Origin: an uncultured delta proteobacterium
Lineage (GTDB): Bacteria; Desulfobacterota; Binatia; UBA9968
Assembly (NCBI GenBank): GCA_963847445.1
Contig: CAWJZV010000034.1
Span: 320,001 to 384,000, forward strand
Direction of reading: 5' to 3'
Length of the DNA: 64,000 bases
In this document: piece after piece, positions 56,449 through 64,000 of the stretch
Layout: the number at the start of each line of letters is the position of its first letter
Position numbering within the stretch: the first letter of the stretch is position 1
Program-made: the position numbers and the translations under genes
Notes under the pieces: generated by a model
Seen by the model: only the letters and a program-made list of their open reading frames with translations
What the model was told of the DNA's origin: nothing
Databases searched by the model: none

Positions 56449-58149
56449 ATGGAAACACAAGTGACCCTGGCGGAGCGTCTGATCGAACGGCAAATGCTCT
56501 CCAGCGAAGAAATGGAGCGGGTGAGAAAGCTCCAGGAGGAGCAGCAAGCGCCGCTTAGCCGGCTGGTGGTTGAGCTCGGTTTTCTGTCCGAAGAAGATCT
56601 CCTGCCGGTGATGCGCGATCATTTCGAACTGCCGCTCATGTCGCTACGCGATGTCGCGAATACGCCGTTGCCCTTGGACCTACCGGCCAACATCGGCGAT
56701 TTTTTCAAGTTGGCGCGCATGGTGCCGGTGAAGATCGAGGGGCGCGACTTAGTCGTCGCCATCGCCGATCCCATGGAACTCTCGCGGCTGCATGCGATTG
56801 AGTTGGCTACCGGTTTACGGGTCAAAGCGGTGCTCGCCAAGGAAAAAGAGATCGCCGCCCGTATCGAAGCGTTATACGGCGGCAGTTACACTGCCGATGG
56901 GACCACCGAGGAGTCCGCCCAAGGTTTTGACGGTATCGCGGAAGACGAAGATGTCGCCCATCTGCGCGACATGGCCTCGGAAGTACCGGTCATCCGGCTG
57001 GTCAATCAGATGCTGGTCCGCGCCCTCGAAAGCCGGGCGTCGGATGTGCATATCGAGCCCTTCGAAAATCAACTCAAGGTGCGCTACCGCATCGACGGCA
57101 TTTTGCACGAAGTCGAGTCGCCGCCGCGCCAGTTGAAGGGCGCGGTGATTTCACGTTTAAAAATTCTCGCCCAGCTCAATATCGCCGAACGACGCTTGCC
57201 GCAGGACGGCCGGATCAAAACCAGATTGGGCGGCAAGGATATCGATCTGCGTATCGCCACGGTGCCGACGCTCTACGGCGAAAGCGTGGTGATCCGCTTG
57301 CTCGAGCGCGGGCAGATTTTTACCCAGTTGGAGACTATGGGATTCCCGCCGGTGCAACTGGCGCGTTTTAACGAGATGATCTTGAAGCCCCATGGCATGA
57401 TCTTGGTCACCGGGCCCACCGGCAGTGGTAAGACCACCACGCTTTACGGCGCGTTGCAGAAAATCAACGATCCGGGCAAAAAAATCATCACCATCGAAGA
57501 TCCTGTCGAGTATCAGTTGAGCGGTGTCAACCAGATCCACGTCAAGCCGCAAATCGGTTTGACCTTCGCCAACGGGCTACGCTCGATCGTGCGCCAGGAC
57601 CCCGACGTGATCATGGTCGGCGAAATTCGCGATGCCGAGACCGCCGAGATCGCCGTGCAAGCGGCGCTTACCGGCCACTTGGTGTTTTCCACGCTGCATA
57701 CCAACGATGCCGCCGGCGCGATCTCGCGGCTTCTAGAGATGGGAGTGCAGGATTATCTGCTCTCGTCGTCGCTGCTGGGCGTTCTGGCGCAGCGTTTGGT
57801 GCGCCGCCTCTGCGCGGATTGCCGAAAAGAAGTACCGTTTACCGGACTGGAGGGCGTGGCGCCCGAAATGGCGCTGGCCAATGGCGAACCGTTACATACA
57901 ATCTGGGAAGCGGCGGGCTGTGAAGCTTGCAGCGGCACGGGTTATTTGGGCCGTGTCGGCGTCTTCGAGCTGCTGCCGGTGACGGCGGATATTTGTAAAT
58001 TGATCAACCAAAAGGCCGACGCCAATGTCATCCGCAATCTCGCCGTTCAGCAGGGTATGCGCCTTCTCCGCGAAGACGCCTGGGATAAAGTTCGCCAGGG
58101 GATGACCACCTTGGCTGAGGTGGTGCGTGTGACCCGTGAAGAAGGTTAG
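56449..58149 (+). CDS. gspE: Type II secretion ATPase GspE
   Basis: ASDVHIEP, ERRLPQDGR, GPTGSGKTT, TIEDPVE, RQDPD.IMVGEIRD, tetracysteine motif; start ATG 56449. Confidence 0.93.
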   Translation: METQVTLAERLIERQMLSSEEMERVRKLQEEQQAPLSRLVVELGFLSEEDLLPVMRDHFELPLMSLRDVANTPLPLDLPANIGDFFKLARMVPVKIEGRDLVVAIADPMELSRLHAIELATGLRVKAVLAKEKEIAARIEALYGGSYTADGTTEESAQGFDGIAEDEDVAHLRDMASEVPVIRLVNQMLVRALESRASDVHIEPFENQLKVRYRIDGILHEVESPPRQLKGAVISRLKILAQLNIAERRLPQDGRIKTRLGGKDIDLRIATVPTLYGESVVIRLLERGQIFTQLETMGFPPVQLARFNEMILKPHGMILVTGPTGSGKTTTLYGALQKINDPGKKIITIEDPVEYQLSGVNQIHVKPQIGLTFANGLRSIVRQDPDVIMVGEIRDAETAEIAVQAALTGHLVFSTLHTNDAAGAISRLLEMGVQDYLLSSSLLGVLAQRLVRRLCADCRKEVPFTGLEGVAPEMALANGEPLHTIWEAAGCEACSGTGYLGRVGVFELLPVTADICKLINQKADANVIRNLAVQQGMRLLREDAWDKVRQGMTTLAEVVRVTREEG

Positions 58150-58239
58150 TTCGCGGCAGTCCCATTGATCGGTAATGGCTGATTGCCGGTCATGATATTT
58201 TTGTTCCTTACTCGTCTGATCATAACGTAAAAAATCGCC

Positions 58240-59460
58240 ATGGCGTTTTACCAATATCGGGCCGCCGACCAAGCTGGCAAAGTGGTTGAAGGCGTGATGG
58301 AAGCCGATGCCGAGCAGAGCGTGGTGTCGCGCCTGCGCGAGATGGGCTGTGTGCCGCTGCGCATCGCCATGCCGTCTGAACGCGCGGTCGGCGCGGTACG
58401 ACAGCAGCGGCCGCTGTTCGAAAAACGCAAGGTCAGCCAGCAGCAGTTGCTGCAGTTCACCCGTGAGCTCGCCACCTTGCTCCACGCCGGGTTGCCGCTT
58501 GACCGCAGTTTATCGATCCTCGGCAATCTGTTCGAAGGCGGCGAATTTACCAAGGTCATGCGCTCCTTGGTCGAAGCGGTGCGCGCCGGCAAATCCCTCG
58601 CGGTGTCGATGGGCGAACACCCGCAGATCTTTCCCCGCATTTACGTCAACATGATCCGCGCCGGCGAGGCCGGCGGCATCTTGGAAAGCGTCCTGCGCTA
58701 TTTAACCGAATACTTGGAAAGCACCACCGCGCTTAAAGAAGAGATTAAATCGGCGTTAATCTACCCGATTATTTTAGCCACCGCGGCCGGCGCCTCGTTG
58801 ATCGTCTTGTTTCTCTTCGTCATTCCAAAGTTCGCAGCGCTGTTCCATGACAACCGCAAAGCGATTCCCTGGATCACCAAAGTGGTCATCGACTTTAGCC
58901 AGATGCTGTCCCAATACGGCTGGCTGGTATTGTTGGTGGTCGTTGCCGCGGTCGCCGGGGTGATTCTTTACGTGAAAAATCCCGAGGGTCGAAGCGAATG
59001 GGATCGTTTATGCTTGAAGGCTTGGCTGATTGGCGATTTGGTGCGAAAATTTGAAACCGCGCGTTTTTCCCGGACGTTATCCGCGTTGCTCCGCGGCGGC
59101 GTGCCGTTGCTCGAAGCCTTGGGCACGGTACAAGGCGTCGTCGGCAACCGGCTTTTGGCCCGGGCCATCGGCCAGGTGCAGGTGCGGGTGCGCGAGGGCA
59201 AGGGCATGGCGCGGCCGTTGAGCGAGAGCGGTTTATTCCCGATCTTGGCTCTGAACATGATCGCGGTCGGCGAGGAGTCGGGGAAACTGGATGGCATGTT
59301 GACCGAGGTGGCGTCGTTCTACGATCAAGAGGTCCGACGATCGACGAAAAGATTAACTTCGTTGCTGGAACCGGTATTGATTTTGGGGATGGGACTGATC
59401 ATCGCGGTGGTCGTCATCTCCATGTTGATGGCGATATTCAGCATCAATGAAATACAATGA
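58240..59460 (+). CDS. gspF: Type II secretion inner-membrane platform GspF
   Basis: FTRELATLL.AGLPL, AGEAGG.L, GEESGKL, LEP.LIL. Confidence 0.93.
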   Translation: MAFYQYRAADQAGKVVEGVMEADAEQSVVSRLREMGCVPLRIAMPSERAVGAVRQQRPLFEKRKVSQQQLLQFTRELATLLHAGLPLDRSLSILGNLFEGGEFTKVMRSLVEAVRAGKSLAVSMGEHPQIFPRIYVNMIRAGEAGGILESVLRYLTEYLESTTALKEEIKSALIYPIILATAAGASLIVLFLFVIPKFAALFHDNRKAIPWITKVVIDFSQMLSQYGWLVLLVVVAAVAGVILYVKNPEGRSEWDRLCLKAWLIGDLVRKFETARFSRTLSALLRGGVPLLEALGTVQGVVGNRLLARAIGQVQVRVREGKGMARPLSESGLFPILALNMIAVGEESGKLDGMLTEVASFYDQEVRRSTKRLTSLLEPVLILGMGLIIAVVVISMLMAIFSINEIQ

Positions 59461-59894
59461 ACCGTCGTCTTAACCAAGCTATGAAGAACCAAGCCGGGTT
59501 TACCCTCGTCGAACTGATTGTCGTGGTCATCATTATCGGCCTATTGGCTGGGCTGGTGGTGCCGCAATTTATTAAACAGGAAGAAAAGGCCACGGCCAAG
59601 GCGGCTAAGGCGCAGATCGAATTGTTCGGCACGGCGCTCGACACCTTTCGCCTCGACGTCGGGCGTTATCCAACCAGCCAGGAAGGTATGGCAGCCTTGA
59701 TGCAGAAGCCCGGCGGGGTCGACCGCTGGGATGGTCCCTATCTCAGAAAAGATCTGCCGCCGGATCCTTGGGGCAAGCCCTATGTCTACAAGAGCCCGGG
59801 GGATCATGGCGTCTACGATATTATTTCCTATGGCGCCGACGGCGCCCCTGGGGGCGACGGCAATAACCGTGACATTACCAGCTGGGAAAGATAA
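59457..59894 (+). CDS. gspG: Major pseudopilin GspG
   Basis: G|FTLVE prepilin site, RLDVGRYPT, WDGPYL, DPWG..Y.Y.SPG, SYGADG. Confidence 0.94.
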   Translation: MNRRLNQAMKNQAGFTLVELIVVVIIIGLLAGLVVPQFIKQEEKATAKAAKAQIELFGTALDTFRLDVGRYPTSQEGMAALMQKPGGVDRWDGPYLRKDLPPDPWGKPYVYKSPGDHGVYDIISYGADGAPGGDGNNRDITSWER

Positions 59895-60336
59895 CCGGGG
59901 ATTCTCGCTCCTTGAGCTCGTGCTGGTGCTGGTGGTCATGGGCATCTCCATGGCGATCGTCGTGCCCAATATCGGCCGGCGCATGCAGGAGCGTGAAGTG
60001 CGCAGTTCGGCGCTCGGCTTGGCCGCGGTGGCGCGGGAGCTGCGTAGCCGCGCGCTAGTCGACGGCATCGCCCAGCAGTTGATCGTCAGCATGCCGCACA
60101 ATACCTATCTGGTGCCAAAGGTCCGCGAGGTCCATCTACCCGAGGATGTGCGCATCGCGTCCATCGCAGGCGGCGAAGCGATGGAGCGCGACACCAAGCG
60201 ATTTTATTTCTTTCCCAACGGCAGCAGCCTCGGCGGCGAGATCGTCATCGCCAGTAGTGCCAGTTCGATTTCCTATCTGATTCGTCTGGAACCGCTCACC
60301 GGCAAGATCGAGGTCAGTCGTGGCGGTCAGTCGTGA
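59869..60336 (+). CDS. Minor pseudopilin GspH-like
   Basis: G|FSLLE prepilin motif, FFPNGSS.GG; likely GTG start 59869 within track ORF 59731. Confidence 0.8.
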   Translation: MTLPAGKDNRGFSLLELVLVLVVMGISMAIVVPNIGRRMQEREVRSSALGLAAVARELRSRALVDGIAQQLIVSMPHNTYLVPKVREVHLPEDVRIASIAGGEAMERDTKRFYFFPNGSSLGGEIVIASSASSISYLIRLEPLTGKIEVSRGGQS

Positions 60337-60743
60337 GAACTTCCATGGGTCGCGGTAAAGACGGCTTTACATTGCTCGAAGTGCTCATCGCCATGACCAT
60401 CGTCGGTTTAGGCGTGGTGACTTTGCTGCAAATATTTTCCCTCGGCCTGCGTTTGGCGTCGCGCAGCAACGTGCAGACCGACGCCATCGCCCAAGGCGCG
60501 CGGGTCATGGACGAGTTGCTGGCCCGCCCCAATCTGCGCGACGGATCGGAGAACGGTACGGTGGCGCCGGCCACTCGCTGGCGCTCGCAGGTTCAAACTC
60601 AGCGCGATACCGCGCCGTCACTAAACTTGGGCAGCAACTGGGAGCTCAAAGAAGTCGCCGTCGAAATGACGGTGGCTGACGGTGAGAGAGAACGCCGCGT
60701 GGAACTAAAGACGTTGCGGCTGGCGCGCAAGGGCAATCCATGA
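60333..60743 (+). CDS. Minor pseudopilin GspI-like
   Basis: G|FTLLEVLIA prepilin motif, C-terminal LKTLR; position in the cluster. Confidence 0.8.
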   Translation: MRTSMGRGKDGFTLLEVLIAMTIVGLGVVTLLQIFSLGLRLASRSNVQTDAIAQGARVMDELLARPNLRDGSENGTVAPATRWRSQVQTQRDTAPSLNLGSNWELKEVAVEMTVADGERERRVELKTLRLARKGNP

Positions 60744-61405
60744 GTTCGAGACGGAACGCGACTCCTGACGATGGTAAGCCGCGACGCGGCTGCAATGGCG
60801 CCGCCGGCTTCACCTTGATCGAAGTAGTGTTGGCGATCACTATCTTTGCTCTCATGGGCGGGGTGCTTTATGGCGCTTTTTCCCTCGGCCACACGGCGGT
60901 GGAAAAATCCGCGGCGAGTTTTAATCGCAACCAAAAGACCCGTTCCATCGGCGACTTGCTGGCGACCTATATCCGATCCGCTTACCCCTACCGCAAGTCG
61001 ATTCAAGAGCAAGCGATTTTTTTCGACGGCGGGCACGAAAGTGTGACTTTCGTATCGGCCTATTCCCACGCCATGGGCGGCCGCGGCATGGCCAAGATCG
61101 CTATAGTAAAGGACGAGGCTGACAACGGCCGCGCGCTGGTACGCCTGGCGGAGACTGCGCCGGTTCGGGTCGGCGACGATGCCGGTGACGGCGGGCAACG
61201 CCATAGCTTGGTGATTCTCGAAGGCATCCGCGATTTCCAGCTCGCTTATCTCGATGCCGAGGGGGAAAAGGAAAACTGGGAAGAGCGCTGGGACGGCAAT
61301 GAGCGGCGCCGCCTGCCGCGCGCTCTGCGCATGACCTTTATCGACGCCGAGGGCAAAGAGGTGCGCTGGGTATTCCCCTTCATGTTGGCGGTGCTGTCCC
61401 AATGA
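60740..61405 (+). CDS. Minor pseudopilin GspJ-like
   Basis: G|FTLIEV prepilin motif, W.ERW....LPRALR C-terminal motif. Confidence 0.82.
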   Translation: MSSRRNATPDDGKPRRGCNGAAGFTLIEVVLAITIFALMGGVLYGAFSLGHTAVEKSAASFNRNQKTRSIGDLLATYIRSAYPYRKSIQEQAIFFDGGHESVTFVSAYSHAMGGRGMAKIAIVKDEADNGRALVRLAETAPVRVGDDAGDGGQRHSLVILEGIRDFQLAYLDAEGEKENWEERWDGNERRRLPRALRMTFIDAEGKEVRWVFPFMLAVLSQ

Positions 61406-62418
61406 AGCCGGTCATCGCAATTAGCGCCAATCCATTGCTCGGCAACCAACGCGGCGTGGCGCTGATCGTGGTTTTGTGGATGTTTATTTTTCTCTTCGTC
61501 GTCGCTTTCGACTTTAGCGCCTCGGTGCGTGAAGAAGCGGAGGCGACCCATCGTTTCAGCGATGAGACCCAAGGTTATTACCTTGCCGTAGCAGGTTTTG
61601 AGCGCGGCTTGTACGATTTCATCCATCAGGCCAGCGGCGGCAATCGGCAGGCCGATCCTGCGAAGGTCGATTTGTTTGACGGCAGTTGGCGCGAGGAGAA
61701 GCTTGGCAGCGGCGGGTTTCGTGTGCGGCTGGTCGACGAGGGCGGTAAGATCAACCTCAATCGCGTCAACGAACAGGTTTTACGCCGGGTATTCACCAAT
61801 CTCGGGGCGGACGGCTCGGTGGTGGATATTCTTGTCGATTCGATTATGGACTGGCGCGATCCCGACGAGCTGCACCGCACCAACGGCGCCGAAAGCGATT
61901 ATTATGGGTTACTGTCACCGGCCTATTCGGCGAAGAACGGTCCCCTCGATAGCGTCGAGGATCTCTTGTGGATTCGCGGTATGACGCCAGCGCTCTATTA
62001 TGGCTCTGCGGACGACAGCGATGCACGGTCGGAGCGCTCGCCGCGGGTCGGTTTGCGCGAGGTCTTCACCATCGACAGTCCCATCGACCGGGTCAACCTG
62101 CGTACCGCGACGGCGCAGGTGATTCACGCCATGACCGGTATTCCGATGGAGAAATGCCGCAGCTTCGTCGAGGAACGCAAACGTTTGTCGGAAAAAACCT
62201 TGACCGATTTGCTGCCCCTCTTGGGTATTGGATCGGGTGACCCGGTGTTGCAGTCGTTTATTTTTACCAACCCATCGGTGGTCGCCGTCGACGCCGAAGG
62301 CCGGCCAACCGATGCGCGCGCGGCGCGCCGGGTTAAAGGGGTGGTCCGGCTCGGCGGCGCCCAAGGCTTCGAGATGCTCCGTTGGCTCGATCGGGAAATT
62401 GGACTATCGCAACCTTGA
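61402..62418 (+). CDS. gspK: Minor pseudopilin GspK
   Basis: RG|VALIVVLW, DEGGKINLN, DSIMDWRDPD, GAESDYY, VNLRTA. Confidence 0.9.
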   Translation: MKPVIAISANPLLGNQRGVALIVVLWMFIFLFVVAFDFSASVREEAEATHRFSDETQGYYLAVAGFERGLYDFIHQASGGNRQADPAKVDLFDGSWREEKLGSGGFRVRLVDEGGKINLNRVNEQVLRRVFTNLGADGSVVDILVDSIMDWRDPDELHRTNGAESDYYGLLSPAYSAKNGPLDSVEDLLWIRGMTPALYYGSADDSDARSERSPRVGLREVFTIDSPIDRVNLRTATAQVIHAMTGIPMEKCRSFVEERKRLSEKTLTDLLPLLGIGSGDPVLQSFIFTNPSVVAVDAEGRPTDARAARRVKGVVRLGGAQGFEMLRWLDREIGLSQP

Positions 62419-62468
62419 GCTTTAATGTAAAATGGGTTCGTTAACATCATTTTGAACCGCGAATACAC

Positions 62469-64000
62469 ATGGCTATAGGGCAGCGCTTACAAGATCTTTC
62501 GCGCGCCGACTTTCTCAGAAGCGTCGGGCTTTACGTCATGCAGGACCGTCTGGTGATGGTGCGCCTGCGTAAGAGCTTGCTCAACGTAGCGCTGCTCGAC
62601 CAGCAGGACCGAGAGTTGCCGCACAGCGACACGCGGCCGGCGATCGCCGATATCACCGGCTGGGTTGCCGAAGACGTTAAGGAGATCGCACTTAAGGCCG
62701 AGAACGATTCGCGCGAGCGCAGTCTGCGCCAGGCGATGGTTTCTCTATTGCCCCATTTTAATGCCGGGCGCGACGCGGTTTATCTGTGTATTCCGCAAGA
62801 CCAGGTGATCATGCAGCAGATCTTCCTGCCGCTGGCGGCGCAGGATACCATCGAGCAAGTTTTGCAGTACGAGATCGAGCGGCAGATGCCCTTTCGCCGC
62901 GATGAAATCTATTACGACTATCTCGCCACCGGCAAAAAAGGCGAGAGGTTGAGCCTTTACGTCATTGCCGTGCAGAAAAAGATCGTTGACGGCCTGGTGA
63001 GTTTGCTGGAGTCCTTCGGCATCAAGCCCGCCGGCGTCGAGCCCGACGTCACGGCGCTGCTCAATTACGCGCTTTATGCCACTGGCCCCAATAACTCCCG
63101 TACGGCGATTTTAGCGGCGAGCGAGCATAGCTGGGACCTGCTCGGGGTCGAGTCCAAGGCGACGAATTGGAGCGCTTCGCAGCAATTCTTGTTCGCACAC
63201 CGCATGCCCCATTCAGAATGGGCCCAGGGTGCGGGCCGAGAGTTGCTGCTACAGAATCTCGCCGATGTCGACAAGTGCTACCGCTGGGGTAATCTCGGCG
63301 ACATGACCGGGCTGCCGGCGGAAAAATTCGCTGCCGCCGAGGAGCTGCAAGGCTTGGACGGGCACCGCTTCCGCGGCCTAAAATCGCCCCTCCCTGAGGC
63401 GGCACTGCCCGCTGTTGGCGCCGCGCTGCGCGGGATTCGTGAAGCCGCGGTGATCGGCAATTTTCTGCGTCATGAAAACCCCGAACCGGCGGGTGGTAAT
63501 TCGCTGTCCATGCTCAATGCCGTCCTTGGTGGGCTGTTAGCGCTCGCGCTGGTCGCCTGGGGGCTCAGTTATCCGATCAAGGATGAGATGCGCCTGCGTC
63601 AGTTGCAGCGCGAGAACCAGAAGTTCGAGGCGGCCATCGAAGCCCTGCGCCGCGAAGAGAATCAGTTACAGCAACTGAGCAAAGAGGTCGGCACTTTGGC
63701 CGAACTGCAGGGTCGGCGCGGCGAGGTACTCAAAATCCTCGACGAACTGTCGAAGGTAGTGCCCAACAACGCTCATCTTTCCAATCTGCGTTACCGGGCG
63801 GGTGTCTTAGAGGTTCAGGGCAACGCGGAAAATGCCTCCGCGTTGATTCCGTTGTTGGAGCGCTCACCGGTGTTCGAGAATGTCGCGTTCAATGCGCCGT
63901 CGAACCGTGGCCGGGACAACCGCGAAACTTTTTCGTTGAAGGCCGAAGTGGAAAAGCTTAAAGCGGCCGCCAGCGAGCCGCCAGCGCAGGCTCCCAAAGA
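62469..64000 (+). CDS. GspL-like / PilN-domain T2SS assembly protein (3' truncated by window edge)
   Basis: Hand translation from ATG 62469 (absent from the track, no stop): LPLAA....QVLQYEIERQMPF..DEIYYDY, TM helix, coiled coil, PilN-like ILDELS..VP..GNA.NASALIPLLERSP.F. Confidence 0.8.
   Translation, partial: MAIGQRLQDLSRADFLRSVGLYVMQDRLVMVRLRKSLLNVALLDQQDRELPHSDTRPAIADITGWVAEDVKEIALKAENDSRERSLRQAMVSLLPHFNAGRDAVYLCIPQDQVIMQQIFLPLAAQDTIEQVLQYEIERQMPFRRDEIYYDYLATGKKGERLSLYVIAVQKKIVDGLVSLLESFGIKPAGVEPDVTALLNYALYATGPNNSRTAILAASEHSWDLLGVESKATNWSASQQFLFAHRMPHSEWAQGAGRELLLQNLADVDKCYRWGNLGDMTGLPAEKFAAAEELQGLDGHRFRGLKSPLPEAALPAVGAALRGIREAAVIGNFLRHENPEPAGGNSLSMLNAVLGGLLALALVAWGLSYPIKDEMRLRQLQRENQKFEAAIEALRREENQLQQLSKEVGTLAELQGRRGEVLKILDELSKVVPNNAHLSNLRYRAGVLEVQGNAENASALIPLLERSPVFENVAFNAPSNRGRDNRETFSLKAEVEKLKAAASEPPAQAPK

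Noticed and set aside
58154-58188. Hairpin between gspE and gspF (CGGCAGTC-CCATT..AATGG..GATTGCCG)
   Set aside because: Imperfect stem with no adjacent U-tract; at most an mRNA-stability element, so not called a terminator.

Overview
This window is almost entirely core genome from a moderately GC-rich Gram-negative bacterium. Gene order and protein sequences look deltaproteobacterial, possibly Candidatus Binatia/Desulfobacterota_B (inference only). Order: clpX (partial)-lon; tRNA-Val/Asp-rplM-rpsI; lptFG (minus strand); rlmB; tRNA-Thr/Tyr/Gly/Thr-tuf-rpmG-tRNA-Trp-secE-nusG-rplKAJL-rpoBC; rpsLG-fusA joined directly to the S10-spc-alpha cluster, with no second tuf and no rpmD. A ~5.5 kb accessory insert follows (cysD-cysNC, ChrR-like cupin, atypical beta-hydroxyacid dehydrogenase, kptA, DUF1801 remnant). 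Then come argS-SPOR-trpDCFBA-folC-lptD and a cupin plus type II secretion cluster (gspEFGHIJK, gspL-like running off the end). Eight apparent single-base frameshifts occur, seven of them between 40.8 and 45.8 kb. One is in the essential argS, so at least some are probably sequencing errors. I found no CRISPR array, rRNA, prophage or intact mobile element, and I cannot demonstrate a new system. The best leads are: a canonical intrinsic terminator inside the str operon between rpsG and fusA, with an overlapping SD-like site and 9-codon uORF; missing autogenous r-protein leaders together with -AA C-termini on several r-proteins; loss of L30 and tufA from the cluster; and the cupin/dehydrogenase/kptA unit with altered motifs.
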